From Thermoplasmata archaeon (GTDB lineage: Archaea > Thermoplasmatota > DTKX01 > VGTL01), in NCBI GenBank assembly GCA_038851035.1, contig JAWCLH010000013.1, forward strand, positions 10,970 to 74,969: a DNA stretch of 64,000 nucleotides, given 5' to 3'. The notes beneath the pieces are model-generated. The model worked only from the letters and a program-made list of their open reading frames with translations. It had not been told where the DNA came from and did not search any database. Positions 37,645-48,057 of this stretch are shown one piece after another. Position 1 is the first letter of the stretch, and every line of letters starts with the position of its first letter. Both the position numbers and the translations under genes were made by a program.

Positions 37645-38640
37645 TCATGAGCCGAGCTCTATTTTTCTCCTCTCCTTCATCGAGGCCAGCGCCGCCCGCG
37701 CCAGCTCCAGCGCCCTCAGGCCGTCCTCGCCAGTGACAAGCGGGGTGCGCCTCCGCGCTATTGCGTCGAGAAAATCGCGCAGCTCGTTCTTCAGCGGCTC
37801 CTGCTTTTTAAGAAAAATGTGCTTGATATCGAACTCCTGTGGAATCTGGAAGAGGTTGGATAGGTCGACCTCGGTGGGGACGGAGGTCGAGAGCTGGACA
37901 GACTGGCCTATATAATCGGCCTCCACGACACCCCCGGAGCAGGTGAGCGAGAGCCTCCTGACCTTCGTGGGCGTGAGCCAGTTCACCTCCACAAAGCCCG
38001 TCACCCCGCTCCTGAAGTAGAGGAGGATGTTCGCGTGGTCCTCGTGTCTCGTCCTGCCCGACCTGCCGCCGAGGGCGTAGACGCTCTCCACCTCGCTCCC
38101 CGAGAGATACCTCATGACGTCGACGTCGTGCGTTGCGAGGTCGAGAACAACGCCCACGTCAGCTATTCTCGGCGCGCTCGGGCTGACTCTCCGCGCCGCC
38201 ATGGATATCACATCGCCAAGCTGCCTCGCTTCCACGGCCCTTTTCAGGAAATCGACCACTGGGTTGTGCCGCTCTATATGTCCGACTGCGAGGGTGAGGC
38301 CGGCTCCCTGAGCCGCGCGGATGACCTCCAGCGCCTCAGCCTCTGTGGCACAGATGGGCTTCTCGATGAGAATGTGTTTCCCAGCCGATATCGCGTCGAG
38401 CGCAAGCGCATGATGGGTGAGAGTGGGCGTCGCAACGACCACTGCATCCAGCCCCTGCCCGAGCAGCTCCGTGTGGTCGGTGAAGGATGGGACCCCGAAC
38501 CGCCTCCCGACGGTCTCGGCCGCCTCTTTGGACACGTCACAGACTCCTCCCAGTGCGCCGAGCTCCGAGAGGACTCGCGCGTGGTTCTGGCCCATCGCGC
38601 CGCAGCCGATGACACCAACCTTAAGCATTTTCTCCGGCAC
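37645..38640 (-). CDS. Gfo/Idh/MocA oxidoreductase (UDP-sugar 3-dehydrogenase-like, WbpB/WlbA type)
   Basis: VGVIGCGAMG, HILIEKP, VGHIERHNP, DLATHDVD. Confidence 0.88.
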   Translation of the reverse strand: MPEKMLKVGVIGCGAMGQNHARVLSELGALGGVCDVSKEAAETVGRRFGVPSFTDHTELLGQGLDAVVVATPTLTHHALALDAISAGKHILIEKPICATEAEALEVIRAAQGAGLTLAVGHIERHNPVVDFLKRAVEARQLGDVISMAARRVSPSAPRIADVGVVLDLATHDVDVMRYLSGSEVESVYALGGRSGRTRHEDHANILLYFRSGVTGFVEVNWLTPTKVRRLSLTCSGGVVEADYIGQSVQLSTSVPTEVDLSNLFQIPQEFDIKHIFLKKQEPLKNELRDFLDAIARRRTPLVTGEDGLRALELARAALASMKERRKIELGS

Positions 38641-38737
38641 ATAACCGCTGCCCGGCTATTTTAGGCTTCGCTCCTTCCACCCCATTGTCCCTAGAGCCCT
38701 CCGAAACAACCTTTTATCCGCTTGCCGTTGCCGAGGC

Positions 38738-40429
38738 GTGATGGGAGGGTCGCTTGAGGCTGACCGCAGGAGCTATAACGAGCTGAAGGAGCTAGCTCTG
38801 GCCGCGCTGGAGGCGGGCGAGGATGAGCGGTGCCTCGACCTCTGTCGAGCGGCAGCTGCCCTCGCCTCCCGGGTGCACATCGGAATCTGGTACGACACAG
38901 GGCTTGAAGAGATTCTCCGGAGCGTGGGGAGGAGGGTCGCCGGGACCCGCGCCCGGGTAAGCGCCGCCGTTGGGGCGACTGCGGGGTCGCCCCCAGGGGC
39001 CCCGACCGCTGATGGAAGGAAGAGGGTGGCTCACATCACGAGCTTCCTGAGCGACATGGGGGGCCACTCCAGGACCATCCGCCAGATGGTCCTCCTGCTC
39101 GAGGAGCTAGGCGTCAGGCAGACCATATTCGTGACCAATCTATCCAGCGAGCCAGTCCCCCATCCCCACTTCGAGCGAGGCCTCAGCGGCCGCGCGGTCG
39201 ACATCATCGAGCTGCTTCCCGACGAGACCTACTACTCGAGAGTTGGGGCCCTCCAAGAACACATTGAACAAGAGGGCTACGAGCTCGCGATTTTATTCGT
39301 ATCTGGAGATGACGTGATCGCATTTTCCGCTCTCGCGGGTCTGGAAAAGAGGCCCCCCACCCTCTACTTCAACCATAACGACATGGATTTCTGGTTGGGG
39401 AAGATGGTCACGGACCGCCTCATAGACGCGAGGACCGTGGGCGCGAGGTACTCCCGCGTCCACAGGGGAATCGAGAGCTCCTTCATTCTCCCTGTTACCT
39501 CCGACTTCAGAAAGGGGCCCCGGAACAGGGGCGCCATTGGTATCCCGGAGGATGCCACACTATCAGTGAGCCTAGGCAGCTTCTATAAAACAATGGGTGA
39601 CCCGGGGCTCGACTACTTCCGGGCGGTGGGGCGCGTGCTGGAAAGGTTCCCGAACCACTACCACATGTTCCTGACTGGCCCGCCTCCTCCAGACATAGAT
39701 AAGCGCGTCGCCGCCCTCCCTTTCCGGCCCGAAGTCAAGCGGCGCCTGATAGTCTACGGACCCGAGCCCGAGCCCCTAAAGGTCTACAGCTCGGCCGACT
39801 TCCTCATTGAGACATTCCCCTGCGTCGGGGGGATGGTCAGGGTGGAGGCGATGGCCGTCGGCCTCCCAATTCTGGGCTTCAAGAACAAGAGGTTCCCACT
39901 TCTCTCAGAGACTGACAATTTCCCGCCGGACTACCCCCTCATCGCCTCCAGTGGAAGCGAGGTCGAGGAACTCTCGTCAAGGCTCATTCAGGATCCGATG
40001 CTGAGGGAGCGGGTTGGGAGACAGCTTCGCGAGTATTTCGAGAAGAAATTCGCGCCGGAGGTCCTGCTGCCCGGGCTGAGGGCATTTCTGGACGCTCTCC
40101 TCGCCCGGGAAGAGCAGCCAGAATCAGCCGTGTCGAGCCCCAGCGGATCGCCCGACGCCCGTTTGCAAGACGGGAGCGAAGCGGCATATGACGTGGAGTA
40201 TGCCCATGACTGGCGCTACAGGGACCTCTGGCCCTGGAGGTTCCTCCTTCTACAGGCGGTGACGAAGAGGGGAGATTTCTCGCTTCGGGACAGGGCGCGC
40301 TTCTACTCGATGGCTTTGAAAAAAGGAGAATTTGCAGGGGCTCTGGACAGAGCCGCCTATCTCGGGATTGCGCTCGGAGGCAGGCTAGGGTTCCTAGCGC
40401 TCAGCCGATTCAGGAGCGCCCTGACTTAA
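38738..40429 (+). CDS. Glycosyltransferase (GT-B, GT4-like)
   Basis: GGHSR N-terminal motif; C-terminal ETFP..GG...VEAMAVGLP. Confidence 0.75.
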   Translation: MMGGSLEADRRSYNELKELALAALEAGEDERCLDLCRAAAALASRVHIGIWYDTGLEEILRSVGRRVAGTRARVSAAVGATAGSPPGAPTADGRKRVAHITSFLSDMGGHSRTIRQMVLLLEELGVRQTIFVTNLSSEPVPHPHFERGLSGRAVDIIELLPDETYYSRVGALQEHIEQEGYELAILFVSGDDVIAFSALAGLEKRPPTLYFNHNDMDFWLGKMVTDRLIDARTVGARYSRVHRGIESSFILPVTSDFRKGPRNRGAIGIPEDATLSVSLGSFYKTMGDPGLDYFRAVGRVLERFPNHYHMFLTGPPPPDIDKRVAALPFRPEVKRRLIVYGPEPEPLKVYSSADFLIETFPCVGGMVRVEAMAVGLPILGFKNKRFPLLSETDNFPPDYPLIASSGSEVEELSSRLIQDPMLRERVGRQLREYFEKKFAPEVLLPGLRAFLDALLAREEQPESAVSSPSGSPDARLQDGSEAAYDVEYAHDWRYRDLWPWRFLLLQAVTKRGDFSLRDRARFYSMALKKGEFAGALDRAAYLGIALGGRLGFLALSRFRSALT

Positions 40430-40720
40430 TCCGGCGCTCGCGCACTCGAAGAAGGTAGTGGCGAGCTCGTCGGTAATGGCCTCCATTATAGCCCATTGCC
40501 GTCTCGCCGGTGCCCCTTAAACCCTAGACAATTAAATTGTAATCACGAATTATTCTGGTAGCGAATCTGGTTCACCGGGTCGAGGCAGTGCCCTTGGCCG
40601 CGGGGATGGAGAGCAGGAGCGGCCCGGCAGCCCAAAATGCAGAGTAAGACCCACGCCCATCGGCATCAAATTGCCATGCCGCGACATTTGCTCACCCTCT
40701 CCACGAATCGATGAGAACCG

Positions 40721-41308
40721 TTATCGAGCCCTGCTCGAGCGCCTCCCCCGGCTGCTCCTCCCCACTTTAAGAACGTTTGAAAAGTCCTTTTTAATTCTTC
40801 TGATTATTCTCACCGGAACCCCCGCCGCAATGGAGTAGGACGGGATGTTCTTGTTCACGACCGAGCCGGCCCCTATCACCACATGGTCGCCTATCGTCAC
40901 GCCCGGCAGAATGACGGAACCGGGGCCGATATGCACATGCTTTCCGATTCTCGTGGGCTTTCTGATGGTCTCGAGCTTTCGAGCGGAAACGCACCGGGCA
41001 TGCGTGCTGTGCGAGTATATCTGGACACCGGCGCTGATGTCGCAGCCGTCGCCTATCTCCAGACCCCCGGTTGCGTCCAGCACCACAAAGAAACCTATCC
41101 AGACCCCGCGTCCTATTTTTGGTTTTCCGTAAATGAACACATGCTCATAGCAGCTTGCCTCTGCTCCAAAACCGAGGCTCTTCGCTTTCTTCCATCTGTC
41201 AAGGAGCATCTCGTCCCAGGGCAGAACCCGGTCCCACTTCCGCCGCATCTCCCTAGATAATCTGCGGCGCAGGCGCTCCATCTCCCTTTTATTCATCCGC
41301 CTCACCAC
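40721..41308 (-). CDS. Hexapeptide-repeat acyltransferase
   Basis: Repeats IGRGVW, IGDGCD, IGKHVH, IGDHVVIGAGSVV; AAGVP. Confidence 0.88.
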   Translation of the reverse strand: MVRRMNKREMERLRRRLSREMRRKWDRVLPWDEMLLDRWKKAKSLGFGAEASCYEHVFIYGKPKIGRGVWIGFFVVLDATGGLEIGDGCDISAGVQIYSHSTHARCVSARKLETIRKPTRIGKHVHIGPGSVILPGVTIGDHVVIGAGSVVNKNIPSYSIAAGVPVRIIRRIKKDFSNVLKVGRSSRGRRSSRAR

Positions 41309-41578
41309 CCGCCCCCGGGTTTTGCCCCCCGGGACAACTGCAAGTCCAGCTCTCCTAGACCGATTTCCGGAGCGCGGATGGTCAGCGATGAAAGCACAGA
41401 CCCGTGCCCCGACAATCGGGAATTCTTCATAGATAACTCGATAACGATGTATAATGAATTATTAAAACCTTTTGAATCGGCACGACACACCTGCTTGCCC
41501 TAATGGTAATCGGATATCTACCCTGCCGGCGATGTGCCAGTCACAAGTCTTATAACAGCATATCAGTATTTTCGTCTC

Positions 41579-42589
41579 ATGGCCCCGGGCGACCTGAGCC
41601 TGCGGGGGAAATCCGTTCTCGTGACCGGCGGAGCGGGATTCATCGGCAGCCATCTAGTGGACGCACTGGTCGCGGAGGGCGTCGGACGCCTTGTCGTTGT
41701 GGACAATCTATTCTTGGGGAAGGAGAGCAACCTGAGCGAGGCGCGCGCGGCGTTCCCAGACCTCAAATTCTACAGAGAGGACGCCGGCGATCTCCAGCGC
41801 ATGAGAGAGATAATGGCCTATGAAAAGGTCGAGGTGGTCTTTAATCTGGCCATCGTCCCCCTCCCAGCCTCGCTCGAGAAACCCCTCTGGACATGGCGTG
41901 AGAATGTGAGGATAACAGAGGCGATGTGCGAGCTCGCGCGCCTTGGGCTCTATAAAACCCTGATTCACTGCTCCTCTTCCGAGGTCTACGGCAGCGCAGT
42001 TGACACCCCGATGACCGAAACACACCCCCTCCTCCCCAGGACGCCCTACGCGGCGAGCAAGGCCGCCTGCGACCACCTCGTGCTCTCCTACGTCTCCACC
42101 TTCAAAATTGACGCTGCCATCATCAGGCCGTTTAACAACTACGGCCCCCGGCAGAACGAGGGAACCTACGCGGGCGTGATACCTGTGGTGATAAAGAGCA
42201 TGCTCTCAGGAGGCCCGGTGACGATATTCGGCGATGGCGAGCAGACGCGCGATTATATCTACGTCACTGATGCCGCCGCTGCCGCCGTAGATATATACAA
42301 GTGCGCGCGGACGCGGGGCAGGGTCTTGAACATCGCAAGCGGTGTCGAGGTCTCGATAAACCGTCTTGTGGACACGATTGCGAGAATTCTGAAGTACGAC
42401 GGGGAAATCGTCCATACCTCGCCGAGGCCGGGCGACGTCCGGCAGCACTGGGCCGATATCAGCATGGCCCGGAACCTCATCGGCTTCAGCCCCCGTGTGG
42501 GGCTCAGGGAAGGCCTCGAAAAGACGGTTGAGTGGTACATCAAGAACTACGCGGCATGGGGCGCGGACCGGAAGAAGGGGGGCGGCTGA
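41579..42589 (+). CDS. NAD-dependent nucleotide-sugar epimerase/dehydratase
   Basis: VTGGAGFIGSHL, SSSEVYG, YAASK, FNNYGPRQ, GDGEQTRD. Confidence 0.92.
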   Translation: MAPGDLSLRGKSVLVTGGAGFIGSHLVDALVAEGVGRLVVVDNLFLGKESNLSEARAAFPDLKFYREDAGDLQRMREIMAYEKVEVVFNLAIVPLPASLEKPLWTWRENVRITEAMCELARLGLYKTLIHCSSSEVYGSAVDTPMTETHPLLPRTPYAASKAACDHLVLSYVSTFKIDAAIIRPFNNYGPRQNEGTYAGVIPVVIKSMLSGGPVTIFGDGEQTRDYIYVTDAAAAAVDIYKCARTRGRVLNIASGVEVSINRLVDTIARILKYDGEIVHTSPRPGDVRQHWADISMARNLIGFSPRVGLREGLEKTVEWYIKNYAAWGADRKKGGG

Positions 42590-42591
42590 GT

Positions 42592-43710
42592 ATGCCAGGC
42601 AAGCTACCGCTCGCCCGTCCTTTTTATGACCGCCTGGACATAGAGGCCGTCCGCAGGGTCCTCGACTCGCGCTGGGTGGCGCAGGGCCCGGTTGTGGAGG
42701 AGTTCGAGAGGAGATTCGCGGCCTACTGCGGGACTAAATATGGCGTGGCGGTCAACTCCGCAACCTCCGCCCTCTATCTCGCCCTGATCGCACTCGGTAT
42801 TAAAAGGGGCGACGAGGTCATCGTGCCCGACTTCACATTCCCAGCGACGGGGAACGTCGTGCTCGCACTGGGAGCGAGGGCGGTCCTAGCCGACATCGAC
42901 CCGACGACCTACTGCATCGATGTGAGCGATGCCGCCAAGAAGGTCACGGAGAGGACTAGGGCCATAATCCCGGTCCACATATTCGGCCATCCCGCCGATA
43001 TGGACGCGGTCTCCTCCCTCGCGGAGGCGAAGGGGCTCGCGGTACTAGAGGACGCTGCCTGCGCCCATGGAACCATGTACAAGGGGAGGATGGCGGGCTC
43101 GCTGGGAGACCTGGCAGCATTCTCGTTCCACGCGCGCAAGGTTATCTCCACAGGCGAGGGGGGGATGGTTCTCACAGATAGAAAAAAAGTGGCAGAGCAT
43201 ATCGGTGCCCTCCGGTCCCACGGAATGTTCCAGAGCGCCTGGAGGCGGGAGCAGCGCTTTTCTCTGCCTTCATTCAAAATTCTCGGCTATAACATGAGGA
43301 TGAGCGACGTGACCGCAGCCCTCGGCCTCTCGCAGCTGGCGAGAGTAGAGGACTTCATAAATAAACGGAGGGCGCTAGCTGCAGTCTATAACGAGCTCAT
43401 TAGAGACTCGGGCCTTCCCGTCGCCACGCCCTCCGAGGCCGAGGGCTGCAAGCACAACTACCAGACCTACTGCGTGCGCCTGCTGAAGGGCAAGAGGGAC
43501 CGGGTGCTCCGAAGGCTGCTCGCCGCAGGAATCGGCTGCACAATCGGAACCTACTCGCTCGGGCTCCTGCCGCTCTTCAAGGGCAGGTGCCCTGAGGGCC
43601 GCAGGGCTTTCAGGACAACCCTCGCTCTTCCGATGTTCCACGAGCTGACTGATGACGGGGTTGTGCGGGTTGTCGGCGAGCTGAAGAAGGCGCTCCGGGC
43701 GGAGAGCTAG
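42592..43710 (+). CDS. DegT/DnrJ/EryC1/StrS family sugar aminotransferase
   Basis: NSATSAL, EDAACAHG, FSFHARK.ISTGEGG (PLP lysine), GYNMRM. Confidence 0.92.
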   Translation: MPGKLPLARPFYDRLDIEAVRRVLDSRWVAQGPVVEEFERRFAAYCGTKYGVAVNSATSALYLALIALGIKRGDEVIVPDFTFPATGNVVLALGARAVLADIDPTTYCIDVSDAAKKVTERTRAIIPVHIFGHPADMDAVSSLAEAKGLAVLEDAACAHGTMYKGRMAGSLGDLAAFSFHARKVISTGEGGMVLTDRKKVAEHIGALRSHGMFQSAWRREQRFSLPSFKILGYNMRMSDVTAALGLSQLARVEDFINKRRALAAVYNELIRDSGLPVATPSEAEGCKHNYQTYCVRLLKGKRDRVLRRLLAAGIGCTIGTYSLGLLPLFKGRCPEGRRAFRTTLALPMFHELTDDGVVRVVGELKKALRAES

Positions 43711-43805
43711 GGAGCTGCTCTCCCGGCCCCCGGGCCGGCTTTCCGAGGGCCGCGCTCCCGATGGAACAATTTATAGAGCCGGTCCACGATTTGCATTGGA
43801 CGGGA

Positions 43806-44906
43806 ATGAGGGTCGCTTTCCTCTACGATGGCCCCCACCCCATGCACCTCGCGTGGGCGCAGAGCGTGGGAGCCCTACCAGTGGCCAACAGGTTCAATAC
43901 CCGCACGGACGCCGCGGCGCTGGAGCTCTCGGAAGCAGGGCGGGGGAGGGCGAGGGGGCTGGAGCTCCTGAAGGGAATCTCCCTCCGAACCCTCGGGCTC
44001 CCGGCCTCCTCCCTGTTTCAGGGACTTGTCCAGGCCGTCGCGGACATGAGCGAGCTCGAGGCCGATGCCCTCATCGTCGAGGGCAGGATGGGCGTTGTTC
44101 CGGGCCATGTCTTCAAGAAGCTCAGGGGGGGAAGGACGCTGCTGATATGCGCGGACCCATTCGTCTGGGAGGTCCGGGGGTTCCCGCCGCGCTGGAGGAG
44201 GACCTTCGAGAGAATTCTGGAGGGCTACGATGGCATTGTCGCGGTCTCAAGGATGATGCTTGAGCTCCTGCCCCCAGGGGCCCGTGAGAAGGCCCGGGTG
44301 GTCCATCCCTCCTTCGAGAGCAGGTACTCCGGCCCGACCCCCGACCCGGCCTCCAAGAAGATAGCATACCTAGGAGCGATGGACGAGAGGAAGGGCGTCG
44401 ACCTTTCGGTCCGCGCCTTTAGGGAGGTCAGGGCGAGGGTCCCTGAGGCCCAGCTTGTCCTCATCGGGAAAGGGCCGCTCGCGGAGGTGTTCAGGGACGA
44501 GCCCGGCGTCGAGCTCGCGGGCTTCGTTGAGGAGCCGGTGGAGCACCTCAGGAAGTGCTCTCTCTATATTCATCTCGCGCGCTTCGACCCCTACCCCGTC
44601 TCCGTTCTCGAGGCGATGGCCGTGGGTCTGGTGCCGGTGGTCTCGGAGATGACTGGGACGAAAGAGCTGCTCGAGTCCATCGACCGGCACCTCGTCGCCC
44701 CCGACCCGGCCGCGGCCGCCCGGGTAATTGTGGCCCTGATGGAGAATTCCAAGCGTATCCGGGAGCTGTCGTTGATGTGCCGCGAGGCCGCGAGTTGCTG
44801 GAGTAGGGAGAGGAGCATCGGGGAGTTCAGGGAGGCATTCAGGGAGCTGATCGGCGAGCCCGGCTCTGGGGAGGGGCAAGTGACAAAGGGGGGAGGGGGG
44901 CGGTGA
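43806..44906 (+). CDS. Glycosyltransferase family 4
   Basis: RKGVD, DPYPVSVLEAMAVG; TATA-like TTTATA about 30 bp upstream supports ATG 43806. Confidence 0.85.
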   Translation: MRVAFLYDGPHPMHLAWAQSVGALPVANRFNTRTDAAALELSEAGRGRARGLELLKGISLRTLGLPASSLFQGLVQAVADMSELEADALIVEGRMGVVPGHVFKKLRGGRTLLICADPFVWEVRGFPPRWRRTFERILEGYDGIVAVSRMMLELLPPGAREKARVVHPSFESRYSGPTPDPASKKIAYLGAMDERKGVDLSVRAFREVRARVPEAQLVLIGKGPLAEVFRDEPGVELAGFVEEPVEHLRKCSLYIHLARFDPYPVSVLEAMAVGLVPVVSEMTGTKELLESIDRHLVAPDPAAAARVIVALMENSKRIRELSLMCREAASCWSRERSIGEFREAFRELIGEPGSGEGQVTKGGGGR

Positions 44907-45084
44907 GCGATATTGCGGTTCCAGCGCCGCGATGCGGTCGACTGCCAGGCATCGAGGAGATGGGTTGTCCCGCCCGGTCCAAGGGCGAGCGCGGATATAG
45001 CGGGCCTGCGGCACGCACCACCCGCAACCCCCTCCAGCGCCTCCCGGAGGGCACGGGCGGACGCGGAGCCCGCGGGGAGGTTGG

Positions 45085-46029
45085 GTGGGGCCGATGAGCG
45101 GTCCGGCGGCGGCCCCGGTGGGGGGCGTGGTCCAGCAGAGAAAAAGGGAAGACTGCGCCGTGCTCGTGCTGAACCACAACGGAGAGGAGTTCCTGAGGCC
45201 CTGTCTTGAGTCGCTCTTGCGCCAGACCGTCGTCCCGCGCGTCGTTGTTATTGACAACGCCAGCACCGACGGCTCTAGGGAGCTCGTGAGGAGAGAGTTC
45301 CCGGCGGTGGAGCTGCTCGAGAACGAGAAGAACCTGGACTTCGGGACCGCCTACAACAGGGCGATTCTGCCCCGCGGGGAGAGGTACATCGGCATCCTAA
45401 ACAACGACATAGTGCTCGAGCCCGACTGCATCGAGAACGCACTGGCGTTCCTCGACGCAACCCCCACCGCGGGGGCGGCCGTTTTCATCGTCTTTGAAAT
45501 TGGCGAGGAGATCAAGTTCCCCTACGAAAGGGACTACATAGTCAAGCCCCGCTTCGGTCTGGACCTTGGGACGCGGGTCAGGTTCGGGTCGAAGAACTCG
45601 CCACCCCAATACATGAGGTACATCTGGGGGGGCGGGAGCATCGTGCGCAGGGAGGTCTTCAACCTAATAAAATTCGACGAGGACTTCGGATGGTACTGGG
45701 AGGACGCAGACCTTGGCTGGATGATGGTCAACGCCACGGGTCTCCGGCCCGCGGCAGTTCCGGGCGCCATCGTCCGCCACATCGGCGGGGCGACCGTGAG
45801 GAAGCGTTTCGACCCTCGCGAGATAAACCTCCTGGACCACAGGAACTCGCTACTCTCATTCGCAAAAAACGCCACCCGCACCGAGCTCCTCAGGAGCTTG
45901 CCCCAGAGGCTCTACTTCTTCATGAAGCAGCCCCGGAAGCTCGAGCTCCTGCGCGAAATGAGGAGGAAGAGGCACGAGGGCGAGGCCCTGCGCAGGGGCC
46001 TCATGCCCCGCGGCTCCTCCTTTTGCTGA
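45085..46029 (+). CDS. Glycosyltransferase family 2
   Basis: VIDNASTDGS, LNNDI, YWEDADL motifs; start may be ATG 45094. Confidence 0.88.
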   Translation: MGPMSGPAAAPVGGVVQQRKREDCAVLVLNHNGEEFLRPCLESLLRQTVVPRVVVIDNASTDGSRELVRREFPAVELLENEKNLDFGTAYNRAILPRGERYIGILNNDIVLEPDCIENALAFLDATPTAGAAVFIVFEIGEEIKFPYERDYIVKPRFGLDLGTRVRFGSKNSPPQYMRYIWGGGSIVRREVFNLIKFDEDFGWYWEDADLGWMMVNATGLRPAAVPGAIVRHIGGATVRKRFDPREINLLDHRNSLLSFAKNATRTELLRSLPQRLYFFMKQPRKLELLREMRRKRHEGEALRRGLMPRGSSFC

Positions 46030-46468
46030 AGTAAAAAATGTCCCTGTGGAGCTCGTAGCCCATCGCCCTAAAGGCCTTCAGGGAGACCCTGTTCCAGTCC
46101 TCCACTAGAGCGCAAAAGACTCCTATCCCCATTCTCCTGAAGCGCCTCTCGAGCTCCCGCACAAGCGCCCGCGCCACGCCGCGCCTCCGGTACTCAGGCA
46201 GGACCGCAAGCCTGTTAACCCAGCCCTTGCGGCCGTCGTGGGTGCCCAGAACCACGCCCGCGATGACCTCCCTTTTCCCAACCCCCCGCCCCACCACCGC
46301 CTTTAGATAGACGCTCGTCGGCAGGGAGAGCTGGCGCAGGATCTCTCTCCTGCTGTCCCTGCCCCGCGGCCTGAAAGGAAGGCCCGCTCTTCTCCAGAGC
46401 GCCACGAGCTCCTCGTAGTCCCCCGGCTCTAGCTCCCTTATCCTCAACCCCCTGACCCTGAGCACCAT
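46001..46468 (-). CDS. GNAT family N-acetyltransferase
   Basis: HDGRKGWVNRLAV.PEYRRRGVA acetyl-CoA binding motif. Confidence 0.88.
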   Translation of the reverse strand: MVLRVRGLRIRELEPGDYEELVALWRRAGLPFRPRGRDSRREILRQLSLPTSVYLKAVVGRGVGKREVIAGVVLGTHDGRKGWVNRLAVLPEYRRRGVARALVRELERRFRRMGIGVFCALVEDWNRVSLKAFRAMGYELHRDIFYFSKRRSRGA

Positions 46469-46560
46469 TGGGACCGCATCTGTGGACCTGGATATGATAT
46501 ATATCTGTCTTCCCGATTTAATTTAAATAATATTGCCTCGCTCCAGCGCTGGGGATAGCC

Positions 46561-47067
46561 ATGACCGCACAAGATAAAGCCAAGGGGTTTGTGAAGGAAT
46601 TCAAGGAGTTCATAGCGAAGGGGAACGTGCTCGGAATGGCCGTGGGCATCATAATCGGCATCGCTTTCGGCGCCGTCGTGAATTCGTTGGTTAACGACGT
46701 GCTGATGCCGCCCATAGGCCTCGCGCTGGGCGGGGTTGATTTCTCCGAGAATTACATAGTTCTCAAGGGGGCCGAGGTCAACGGGACGACAGTGACATCT
46801 TTCCCCAGCCTGCAGGCCGCGAAAGAGGCGGGCGCGGTAACGCTCAGGTGGGGCATCTTCGTGAACACGATAATCAACTTCCTGATAATCTCCTTCGTGA
46901 TATTCCTCATCGTGAAGGCCGTGGGCTGGGCGACGAGGAAGGAGGAGGAGAAAAAGGCGGAGACGGAGAAGCCCTGCCCCTTCTGCGACACCAAGATACC
47001 CATCAAGGCCGTTCGCTGCCCCAACTGCACCTCGAAGCTCGACGAGGCCGCGGGCGCAAAAGCCTGA
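46561..47067 (+). CDS. mscL: Large-conductance mechanosensitive channel with C-terminal zinc ribbon
   Basis: EFKEFI.KGNV..MAVGIIIG.AF..VV.SLV.D..MPPIG; F....INFLII; CPFC...CPNC. Confidence 0.93.
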   Translation: MTAQDKAKGFVKEFKEFIAKGNVLGMAVGIIIGIAFGAVVNSLVNDVLMPPIGLALGGVDFSENYIVLKGAEVNGTTVTSFPSLQAAKEAGAVTLRWGIFVNTIINFLIISFVIFLIVKAVGWATRKEEEKKAETEKPCPFCDTKIPIKAVRCPNCTSKLDEAAGAKA

Positions 47068-47432
47068 GCGGGAGCGCGCCGGAAGAAAGAGACGGGCCCC
47101 TTTCTCATGGGGGACAATTCGCGGCCCCCCGACGGATGGGACACTCTGCCGGCACGGGTCCCCGGGAGGGCAACGCGCCGCGCCGGCGTTGTCCGGGCCG
47201 TTTGCGGAGCCGGGGGCGCGGTGCGGGGCGGCCTCGTGCCAACGTCCTGACACATTCCGCCCGCTCGCGCACGCCGGCGCCTCTCGCGGCCCGCGCGCAT
47301 TCAGAGAACCCTTACCTGCAGTAACAGCCATGGGCCTCCGGCGCCCGGCTTCCGGCCCCTCCCGGCAACCCCGCCTATACACGTAGAAACATTAAAGCCG
47401 GCCCGGCGCATAACGCGCGCCGCCGGGAGTCA

Positions 47433-47858
47433 ATGGAGATCAAGCTGGACGAGGATGCGCTCAAGCTCATCGCGCTCTTCGAGACTGTGACGAGGGCGGA
47501 GGTCAGGGACTGCATCGCCTCTGAAGAAAGGGTGATTTTTATTGTTGGCGAGGGGCAGGCGCGCGCGGCAATGGGCGAGAGGGGGCAGAGGCTCAAGCGC
47601 CTCAGGAGTCTTCTGAAAAAGAATGTGGAGGTCATCGAGTGGTCCGGGGAGCCCGAGAGGTTCATCAGAAACATCTTCCATAACTTCAAAGTCAGGGGTG
47701 TGAGGCTGGAGCGGAGGGCCGGAAGGCTGACCGCGGTCGTGGAGGTGGACCCGGACGAGAAGGCCCGCGCGATAGGAAAGGGCGGGCGGAACCTCTATCA
47801 GGCGCGCGAGATTCTAGCGAGGCACTTCGGCGACATAGATGGACTCGTGGTGGCCTAG
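47433..47858 (+). CDS. nusA: Archaeal NusA-like transcription factor (two KH domains)
   Basis: IALFETVT.A.V.DC, VEVIEWS, KARAIGKGGRN. Confidence 0.9.
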   Translation: MEIKLDEDALKLIALFETVTRAEVRDCIASEERVIFIVGEGQARAAMGERGQRLKRLRSLLKKNVEVIEWSGEPERFIRNIFHNFKVRGVRLERRAGRLTAVVEVDPDEKARAIGKGGRNLYQAREILARHFGDIDGLVVA

Positions 47859-48057
47859 GCGAAACGCGCGGCGCCGGCGGAGTGTTGAGACGGGACGCTG
47901 TTAGACCCGGCGACAGAAGGACGGGAGCTCCAATGGCTCACCGAGCTCGGTGGCGCGGGAGAATCCGGCCCAGGTCCTTCCCCCCGGCCTCCACCGTGCA
48001 CCCCGAGTTTCTCGGGAACCAAAGAATTTATAGCTCAAGCGACTGTGCCCGCGGGCG

